DNA from: Gemmata obscuriglobus | GTDB lineage: Bacteria; Planctomycetota; Planctomycetia; Gemmatales; Gemmataceae | Length of the DNA stretch: 32,000 nt | Assembly (NCBI RefSeq): GCF_008065095.1 | Contig: NZ_CP042911.1 | Span: forward strand, 4,530,001-4,562,000 | Direction of reading: 5' to 3' | In this document: positions 26,031 to 32,000 of the stretch, one piece after another | Position numbering within the stretch: position 1 is the stretch's first letter | Layout of the letters: every line of letters starts with the position of its first letter | Notes under the pieces: generated by a model | What the model was told of the DNA's origin: nothing | Databases searched by the model: none | Seen by the model: only the letters and a program-made list of their open reading frames with translations | Made by a program: the position numbers and the translations under genes

Positions 26031-26246
26031 AGTCACTGGCAAACCCCAACCGCAAGGTCGAGGGTCTGTGATGGAGTGGTGAATTGCGGCATTGCGCGGC
26101 GCAGTCTGCACAAATCGCGAGCTGCGCAAGGGGATTTTGGGGGCGTTTCGTGGGTAGCAATGTGCCAGCGAAACGCCAGTCGGTTGGTAGCGAATGTCCA
26201 GTCGGCGACCAGTCGGTGCGGTAGCGTTCTGGACCACGTCCGGTAC

Positions 26247-27389
26247 TTACATGGGCGGCAGCGGCGGCGGCACGGGAGCGAACAGCGCCGCGAGTTCCGG
26301 AACCGTTTCCGCGGCGGCCCAGCCCGCCATGCCGGCGCGCCACACCAGCGAAGTTCGTGTGATCCGACCCGCCGCCACGTGCGCTTGGAGCGCCGCCATG
26401 TCGAATGGCCCTGCGGAGGCGCCGTTGATCGCGGCGTGGAATGCGACCGCCGTCGGCAGCGGGGGCGGACCGCTCGCGCCCGCCGGGGGTGTGGTGTTTG
26501 CCGGCGTGACGACACCCGGCGCCCCCGCAGCGCCCGCGAACGCATTGCCCATCTGGTTGCCGATGGCGACGCCCGCACCGAGACCGGCCCCGAGGCCCGC
26601 TAGCCCGCCGGGGTTGGCGGCGGCGGTGGGAATGGCTTCGGCGGTCTGGAACTTGGCGTACTGATCCAGGTTCCCGAGCACCGCCATTTGCGACCGCTTG
26701 TCGAGCGCCGCTTCGACTTCCGGCGGGAGCGAAATGTTCTCGACGAAGAACTGCGTGAGCGACACGCCCATCTTCGCCATTTCGGGGGCGATCCGCTCCA
26801 GCGCGATTCTACCGACCTTTTCGTAGTTACCGGCAAGGTCGAGCATCGGGAGGCGCGAGGAACCCAGCGCGTCGATGAAGCGCGACACCACCACGTTGCG
26901 GAACTGCGCCGAAATCTCGTACAGCTCGAACGACGGGTCGGTGCTCACCAGTTCCTTGAGAAAGGTGCCCGGGTCGGTGATCTTGAACGCGTAGTTCCCG
27001 AACGCTCGCAGGCGCACCGGCCCGAACTCCGGGTCGCGGTACATGATCGGGTTCTGCGTGCCCCACTTCTGGTTCGTCCACTGCCGCGTGGAGATGAAAT
27101 ACACCTCGCACTTGAACGGCGACTCAAACCCGTACTTCCACCCGAGGATGGTGGAGAGGATGGGCATGTTGTTGGTGTCGAGGGTGTACATCCCCGGCAG
27201 CTTCACATCCGCGAGTTGCCCCTCCTTGACGAACCCGGCGGCCTGCCCCTCGCGCACCACGAGCTTCGCGCCGTTCTTGATCTCGTTCTTGTGGCGCGTG
27301 AACCGGTGGGCCAGGATCTCGTTCTGGCTCGGCTCGGTCCACTCGATGATGTCGATCAGTTGGCCTTTAGCCCAGTCCATCAGCCCCAT
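26247..27389 (-). CDS. SPFH/band-7 domain protein (COG4260 'virion core protein-like', B. subtilis YdjI type) with Gly/Ala linker and C-terminal GYF_2 (DUF4339) domain
   Basis: 380 aa. The N-terminus MGLMDWAKGQLIDIIEW...LAHRF...IKNGAKLVVREGQAAGFVKEGQ is characteristic of this SPFH subfamily. The C-terminus FHAAINGASAGPFDMAALQAHVAAGRITRTSLVWRAGMAGWAAAETVPELAALF matches the GYF_2 pattern. Confidence 0.85.
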   Translation of the reverse strand: MGLMDWAKGQLIDIIEWTEPSQNEILAHRFTRHKNEIKNGAKLVVREGQAAGFVKEGQLADVKLPGMYTLDTNNMPILSTILGWKYGFESPFKCEVYFISTRQWTNQKWGTQNPIMYRDPEFGPVRLRAFGNYAFKITDPGTFLKELVSTDPSFELYEISAQFRNVVVSRFIDALGSSRLPMLDLAGNYEKVGRIALERIAPEMAKMGVSLTQFFVENISLPPEVEAALDKRSQMAVLGNLDQYAKFQTAEAIPTAAANPGGLAGLGAGLGAGVAIGNQMGNAFAGAAGAPGVVTPANTTPPAGASGPPPLPTAVAFHAAINGASAGPFDMAALQAHVAAGRITRTSLVWRAGMAGWAAAETVPELAALFAPVPPPLPPM

Positions 27390-27603
27390 GACTCGTCCCG
27401 CCCACAGGTGTGGTTTCGCCCGCCCCGGTAACGCCGAAGCTAACCGATACCCGACTCTTCGTCCACGACCGACTCGCTTTTCGGCCCAACCCGCGAAACC
27501 GCAGGTTTCACGCCCGGCGCGACGCTACCGTCGTTACTCCTTGCACGTGCGGCCCGAATCCGCAGCAGCGGTCACAAATTCTGCTTCTCGTACCGAAACC
27601 GGT

Positions 27604-27907
27604 GAATCTGTCGGTTGCAGATCGCGCGTATCGACCTACCCCCCGGCCCCTTCCCTGAAGGGAGGGGGTGGCGCCTGGAGCGTTGGCCCCGATGCGAGAG
27701 GAGCGCGCCACGTTCGGTGAAAGCAAGCTGTCTTACTCCCCTCCCTGCAGGGAGGGGCTGGGGGTGGCTTCTTCGCTCCGCGCGCCCCTTTCGCCCCGGG
27801 ACGAGCGTTCTCGGCGCCACCCCCTCCCTTCCGCCGGCCCACGGAAGCTCTGCTGACCGGGCCGGCGAGCACGGCGAGGGGGCCGGGGGGTAGGTCGATA
27901 CGCAACA
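27604..27907. repeat. Nested imperfect palindrome / MITE-like element
   Basis: Outer perfect 25-bp inverted repeat: GCGTATCGACCTACCCCCCGGCCCC (27617-27641) with 27870-27894. It is flanked by GGTTGC (27604-27609) and GCAACC (27902-27907). Inner perfect 16-bp inverted repeat: GGGAGGGGGTGGCGCC (27651-27666) with 27804-27819. Central perfect 20-bp palindrome: CCCCTCCCTGCAGGGAGGGG (27729-27748). Confidence 0.8.
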
Positions 27908-27938
27908 CCCGCAACCTACACTCACAAGCCAACCGGCG

Positions 27939-28760
27939 TCACTGCTTCCCCAACACGAGATCTACGACCCAGCACCCACGAACATGCGGCCCAGACCCCC
28001 GACAGTGGTCGAGGATGTCGGCGCTGTCACAGCCGGCGTCCTGAAGAGCGTCTGCGAGAATCGGCATCACGCTGAAGTCGCGTGACTCGTACATTTGCGC
28101 CGCGAGCGCGACAGTGGTTTCCGTACGCCATTCCAGGGAGAAGGTAACGGGGCGGAACGGATTGCCGAAAATGTCTCGCAGAAGTACGACTTGTTCAGCT
28201 TGCTCCTGAGCCAAGTAATCGGCTTCCGTCTTTTCCACCAGGCTTTGGGCCGCGTCGTACTGACGAATAAATTCGACGAGGATGACGGAATCGGATGGTG
28301 TCCCATCATGCTCGGGCATTGGTAACGACTCGCAAGATTTTGCGAACGCCAAGTTGACTGGCCCCATTCTGGCCTGAACGATACCCCTCGCGGCAAGCTG
28401 TGCTGTGCGGCATTCAAACGGCGCCCAGTACAGAGTGGCTGCTTCGAGGACCGCCTCGTCAGCATAGTTCAGCCAATCCCACTCCGGAGTCGCTTCAGCA
28501 CACCAGCGTGCGTGTGCTCGGCAGGTACACTCCAGTTCAGTGGATGAAACTTGCCCCTCCAAGAGCTGCTCCACCAGTTCAACCAACGCCCGACTGCCGT
28601 CGTGGTCCATGTGCGGTAGCGCACGCCGGCAGCACGCAACCTCGAACAGTCGCAGTTTCCGCTCGCTCGCGTGCCCACAGTCCTGAAGGGCTGACACCAG
28701 CGCGCGTGGGTCATTGCAAGTGATCCAGCCCGACTCGACCACAACGCCCTCGCTGCTCAT
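27939..28760 (-). CDS. Hypothetical protein, member of a planctomycete-expanded family (N-terminal W..C.DP...RKLRLF..ACCRR motif; C-terminal RDIFGNPFRPV...ADALQDAGC...HCRG.GPHVRGCW motif)
   Basis: ATG at 28758-28760 (aa 12 of ORF 27939..28793) overlaps the stop of the upstream paralogue as ATGA. The C-terminus is SRDFSVMPILADALQDAGCDSADILDHCRGSGPHVRGCWVVDLVLGKQ. Confidence 0.75.
   Translation of the reverse strand: MSSEGVVVESGWITCNDPRALVSALQDCGHASERKLRLFEVACCRRALPHMDHDGSRALVELVEQLLEGQVSSTELECTCRAHARWCAEATPEWDWLNYADEAVLEAATLYWAPFECRTAQLAARGIVQARMGPVNLAFAKSCESLPMPEHDGTPSDSVILVEFIRQYDAAQSLVEKTEADYLAQEQAEQVVLLRDIFGNPFRPVTFSLEWRTETTVALAAQMYESRDFSVMPILADALQDAGCDSADILDHCRGSGPHVRGCWVVDLVLGKQ
27971..28098. 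repeat. 128-nt direct repeat, copy 1 (3' end of paralogue 1), about 92% identical to 28788-28915
   Basis: Hand alignment gives 118 of 128 identical with no gaps. All 10 differences are transitions. Confidence 0.85.
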
Positions 28761-29488
28761 GAGTTGCCCAGGATGAGGTCCACACACCAGCACCCACGAA
28801 CGTGCGGCCCCGGCCCCCGGCAGTGGTCGAGGATGTCGGCGCTGTCGCAGCCGGCATCCTGAAGAGCATCTGCGAGAATCGGCATCGCGCTGAAGTCGCG
28901 TGATTCGTACATCTGGCGGGCAAGCAGAACAGCGGTTCTAGTACGCCATTCGGGTATAAGTGGCGACGATCGAAACGGATCGACGAACACTTCGCGAACA
29001 AATCGTGCCAGCAAACGTCGCTCGGCAACTTCGGCCCGATTCCACGCAACGGTGTCAACACTTGGGGAAGCGACCCGAAAGCCAGCCACATACGCCGCGT
29101 GCATCACGACATCGCACATCCTGTAGACGTAAGGACAGTCCGCGCTGTCTGAGCACGCGGCCTGACTAACGACCTGCATCGCGTGATACCGGGCATCAAG
29201 CTCAACCGAATCGACCTCTCCGTCCTCGGGGTCAAGACGTGATTCGATGATCTCCAGCACCTCGCCGGCGTCTAACAAATCCTGCTGGGACCGCAAGCCG
29301 TCCGCGAATAGTTCGGCCGTCTCTACGGCTACCTCGAACGCTTGCCGCTCGGGACATAGGTCGAGAACGCGGTGGCAACAGGCGGTAGCAAATAGACGGC
29401 ACTTCCGTTGCGAGACCGCGTTGCTGTTACGGAGGTACTCAAAAAGTTCGTCCGGGTCACCGCACGCTCGCCACTCTGCTCCTGTCAC
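28757..29488 (-). CDS. Hypothetical protein, tandem paralogue of the 27939..28760 product
   Basis: GTG at 29486-29488 with strong AAGGAG 8 nt upstream. MTGAEWRACGDPDELFEYLRNSNAVSQRKCRLFATACCHRV...EVFVDPFRSSPLIPEWRT...SRDFSAMPILADALQDAGCDSADILDHCRGPGPHVRGCWCVDLILGNS. Confidence 0.75.
   Translation of the reverse strand: MTGAEWRACGDPDELFEYLRNSNAVSQRKCRLFATACCHRVLDLCPERQAFEVAVETAELFADGLRSQQDLLDAGEVLEIIESRLDPEDGEVDSVELDARYHAMQVVSQAACSDSADCPYVYRMCDVVMHAAYVAGFRVASPSVDTVAWNRAEVAERRLLARFVREVFVDPFRSSPLIPEWRTRTAVLLARQMYESRDFSAMPILADALQDAGCDSADILDHCRGPGPHVRGCWCVDLILGNS
28788..28915. repeat. 128-nt direct repeat, copy 2 (3' end of paralogue 2)
   Basis: See copy 1. The offset between copies is 817 bp. 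Confidence 0.85.
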
Positions 29489-29548
29489 GCTATTGCTCCT
29501 TCTCGAAGGGGAGCCAAGCTTGCACCTCGACGCATGCCGTGAGTGTGG

Positions 29549-30625
29549 TCAATACGGCGGCAGCAGCCGGCGGGCGGCGTGGGCCAGCACCCAGCCGAAG
29601 AACGCCGTGTTCCGTGCCGGCAGTGCCCACACCGCCAACCGCTGCGCCGGTTGCGGGGCGGTCAGCCAGTCTCCCTTCGCGACGCGCGCCGCGAGTGCTT
29701 CCACCCACTTCACCGAGCGCGGCCAGTCGATCACGCCCGCGAGCCACTCGGGCGGAAGACCGCCCTTCCCCACCCGCGCTCCAACCAGCGCGCCGGTAAT
29801 CGCCGCAACGGTGTCCGTATCGCCGCCGCAACGGATCGCCGACGACACCGCCGTGCGGAAATCGTCCGGGTAGCGGAGCCACGCGTACAGCGCCACCGGA
29901 ACCGTGTGGTACATGTACCCGCTAACGCCGCGTGACAACCCGATGGTTCGGGCGTATTCCTCCGTCGGGCGACCGGCCCGCAAATCGCTTTCGGCGGCGC
30001 TGAGAGAATCCAGCAACGTCCCGGCGGCGCGTTCGCCCGCGAGCAGCTCACGCAGTTCCGACAGGAATTGCCCTGGTTCCGGCGGGCGTGCCTCTCGCGT
30101 TTCCGCCGCCCGGTGCGCGGCCCAAGCGACCGCCAGCGCGCCGCATTCGGCTTTTGGATCGGTGTGGGTGATGCGCGTTGAAGCGCGCACGAATGATTTG
30201 AGGCGCTCGCGATCCGGGCCGAATGCGACCCCGAGAAGTGGCGACCGCATCGCAGGTCCGTTGCCCGCCGAGTGAACCCCACTTCGTTCCGACGACCAGC
30301 CCAGCCAGAGTTTCGTACAGGCCCGGATCGTCGCGCGGCCCGTTCCCGCCGGAAGCCCGGCGGCCCACCAGCGGAGCCGGCGGGCGAGGTCGCGCCGGAA
30401 CGTATCCGCGTCGCCGCCGGACCGCAGAAGCGCCTGTCCGGTGAGGCAGGCGTGTTCGGTGTCGTCCGAGAACAGCCCGCGCCCGAAGAAGAATTGATGC
30501 CGGTGAAGGTGTGGAAAGAGCTTCACCCCGCGGCGCGGGGACAGATTTTCCAGCGGCAGCCCGAGAGCGTCGCCCACGGCGAGCCCGAGCATCGAACCCA
30601 CAAATGCGTCGGGCGGGTGGGCCAT
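29549..30625 (-). CDS. ADP-ribosylglycohydrolase (DraG/ARH) family protein
   Basis: 358 aa. GSMLGLAVGDALGLPLE, FSDDTEH, GNGPAMR and CGGDTDTVAAITGALVGA are the family metal- and substrate-binding motifs. It lies 60 nt upstream of, and co-oriented with, the paralogue pair. Confidence 0.9.
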   Translation of the reverse strand: MAHPPDAFVGSMLGLAVGDALGLPLENLSPRRGVKLFPHLHRHQFFFGRGLFSDDTEHACLTGQALLRSGGDADTFRRDLARRLRWWAAGLPAGTGRATIRACTKLWLGWSSERSGVHSAGNGPAMRSPLLGVAFGPDRERLKSFVRASTRITHTDPKAECGALAVAWAAHRAAETREARPPEPGQFLSELRELLAGERAAGTLLDSLSAAESDLRAGRPTEEYARTIGLSRGVSGYMYHTVPVALYAWLRYPDDFRTAVSSAIRCGGDTDTVAAITGALVGARVGKGGLPPEWLAGVIDWPRSVKWVEALAARVAKGDWLTAPQPAQRLAVWALPARNTAFFGWVLAHAARRLLPPY

Positions 30626-30674
30626 GTCGGTGCCAGTAAACGACGGGAGTTAGGACTTCCGGTCGAAAGTCGTT

Positions 30675-30711
30675 AAGTCACAAATTCAGCAATCACAAAA
30701 CATTGTGACTT
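30675..30711. promoter_or_regulatory. AT-rich 9-bp inverted repeat (AAGTCACAA N19 TTGTGACTT), candidate operator or promoter element upstream of the ADP-ribosylglycohydrolase gene
   Basis: 30675-30683 pairs with 30703-30711. The spacer contains a further TCACAAA. It lies 50-86 nt upstream of the ATG at 30625 on the coding strand. Confidence 0.3.
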
Positions 30712-30749
30712 TATGGCTTGCTGACCTGACGACTGGTGACCGGTAATCC

Positions 30750-30983
30750 TTACCGGCCGATCGGGCTGGGCCGGTCGATGTACCCCTTCGGCCCGATCCG
30801 GAAATCGTCCTCAGAAACGGCGAGCCGTTCGCGCCCACGCTTCTTCTGCTCTTCGATGCTGTACCGAGAGCCGTCGGGCGCACGAGCGTCCACGGGGGCC
30901 ATTTGCCGCGTCTCGAGCGGCCCGGAGAACCGGTTGCACCCCACACAAACCAGCAGCGATAAAACGAGCAGGCGCCGGCGCAT
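30750..30983 (-). CDS. Small lipoprotein (hypothetical)
   Basis: ATG at 30981-30983 (aa 47 of ORF 30750..31121) gives MRRRLLVLSLLVCVGC, a lipobox signal peptide. The product is 77 aa. Confidence 0.5.
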   Translation of the reverse strand: MRRRLLVLSLLVCVGCNRFSGPLETRQMAPVDARAPDGSRYSIEEQKKRGRERLAVSEDDFRIGPKGYIDRPSPIGR

Positions 30984-31264
30984 CGGGCCACTCCGTCGGG
31001 CGAAGAAGGTCGAATCCGTTCGCACCGTAGTTATCGCCCCGGCCGCAGGCCTGCTCCATGTCAGTCGGCCCGCGCGACCCGAGTTCGGTGCCCCGCCGCC
31101 CTCAAAACCCGCACACGACATGCCGAAGTCCGAGCCGCCCGACTTGTGCGCCTGTAGCCCGACTCATACCATAACCCCTGACCTTCCAGCCGTCACTCAC
31201 CTTTGCCAACCGGTCGGGCACCTTCGCCTCGGGTTGGGTTTACTCCCGGCACGGGGTCGGCACC

Positions 31265-32000
31265 ATGCCCACCAATGCATTGCAGAAATTCACCAAAAAG
31301 TACGACGAGTACCCGGACGACATCTTCGCCGACACCCGGATGTCACTCGGTGATCACATTGAAGAACTCCGCTACCGGATGCTGAACGCCATCAAGTGCC
31401 TGCTGGCGTTCATGGTCATCGGGTTCATGCTGGACTTCGTTGGCTGGACGATCGGCAACCGCAACCTCGGCATCGGGATGCCGATGCTCGACGTCATTAC
31501 CGAACCGGTGAAGCAGCAGACCCGCGACTTCTACTACCGCAAGGCGCTCAAAGACGCCGACGCCAAGCTCGCGCAGCTCACCGACTCGCCGCCCGAAGAG
31601 ATCGCGCGGATCCGTCAGAAACTGAAGGATAATGAGAACAGCCTGGAAGCGCTGAACGCCGACGAGCGGCTCAAATTGCTCGGCGCCCCCGAGGAGATGC
31701 CGGTGTTCATCCCGACATCGGCCCTGGAACCCGCGTTCGGGCCGCGCAAGAAGGAGGCGCCGGACGAACTGGCCGTCAAGCTGAGGGTCTACCCGGCGCA
31801 CATCACCTCGCTGAGTTCAAAGGGCGAAGGGCTTCTGGAAAGCAAGAACTACCTCACCACACTCAGCGCCCAGGAATCGATGGTGGTGTACTTCAAGGTG
31901 TCGATCCTGTGCGGCATCGTGCTCTCGTGCCCGTTCATCTTCTACCAGTTCTGGGCGTTCGTGGGGGCCGGGCTGTACCCGCACGAGAAGCGCTACGTGT
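31265..32000 (+). CDS. tatC: Twin-arginine translocase subunit TatC, 5' part (continues past the right edge), with an enlarged first periplasmic loop
   Basis: Not in the ORF track because there is no stop in the window. From ATG 31265: MPTNALQKFTKKYDEYPDDIFADTRMSLGDHIEELRYRMLNAIKCLLAFMVIGFML...LTTLSAQESMVVYFKVSILCGIVLSCPFIFYQFWAFVGAGLYPHEKRYV. The MSLxxHLxELRxR and QxWxFxxPGLYxxEK blocks are TatC signatures. The start codon is uncertain; the ATG within ...TRMSLG is an alternative. Confidence 0.85.
   Translation, partial: MPTNALQKFTKKYDEYPDDIFADTRMSLGDHIEELRYRMLNAIKCLLAFMVIGFMLDFVGWTIGNRNLGIGMPMLDVITEPVKQQTRDFYYRKALKDADAKLAQLTDSPPEEIARIRQKLKDNENSLEALNADERLKLLGAPEEMPVFIPTSALEPAFGPRKKEAPDELAVKLRVYPAHITSLSSKGEGLLESKNYLTTLSAQESMVVYFKVSILCGIVLSCPFIFYQFWAFVGAGLYPHEKRYV

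Noticed and set aside
27410-27932. Several 60-120-aa ORFs on both strands across the palindromic element (for example 27615..27893(+), 27572..27925(-), 27636..27932(-)).
   Set aside because: They arise symmetrically on both strands from the inverted-repeat structure and give mirror-image peptides such as IDLPPGP. This is a signature of non-coding palindromic DNA, not of genes.
1-32000. Search for tRNA, rRNA, tmRNA and CRISPR arrays in all intergenic regions.
   Set aside because: I saw no cloverleaf-compatible sequence with a T-loop (GTTCRA) context, no rRNA-like stretch, and no regularly spaced short direct repeats. This was a manual scan only; tRNAscan-SE, Infernal and a CRISPR finder would be decisive.

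Overview
High-GC (roughly two-thirds G+C by eye) chromosomal segment. Its gene content points to a Planctomycetota genome of the Gemmata/Gemmataceae type. The evidence is a PSCyt1-type cytochrome c protein, an ECF sigma factor coupled to a FecR-WD40 anti-sigma factor, a formaldehyde-activating enzyme (Fae) homologue, many Tat/Sec-exported sugar-oxidoreductase genes, and paralogues of a planctomycete-expanded family with the C-terminal motif ADALQDAGC...HCRG.GPHVRGCW.

I support about 30 protein-coding genes, all called from translation and motif recognition. No searches were run.

Main content, left to right:
- Housekeeping and regulatory genes: a PP2C phosphatase, a PEGA lipoprotein, a zinc-ribbon membrane protein with RNase D, a small Sm-like protein, MarR with ilvC, and a solitary MlaE permease.
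- A five-gene sugar/cyclitol-type oxidoreductase cluster.
- An acyltransferase, ECF sigma and anti-sigma operon.
- A large S9 peptidase gene split by a 1238-bp IS3-family element. The target duplication is intact and the reading frame can be reconstructed.
- msrA and fae.
- An SPFH-GYF protein paired with a double zinc-ribbon membrane protein.
- A roughly 300-bp nested palindromic, MITE-like element.
- An ADP-ribosylglycohydrolase followed by two translationally coupled tandem paralogues.
- A small lipoprotein and the 5' part of an expanded tatC.

I saw no rRNA, tRNA or CRISPR array.

Best candidates for undescribed biology:
1. The ADP-ribosylglycohydrolase plus tandem-paralogue operon.
2. The SPFH-GYF / double zinc-ribbon pair.
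3. The IS element, whose orfB lies in the +1 frame and opens inside an A9 run. This suggests transcriptional slippage rather than canonical -1 frameshifting.
4. The nested palindromic element.
5. The Sm-like ORF divergent from rnd.

Many long ORFs in the track are antisense shadow ORFs typical of high-GC DNA, and I rejected them.
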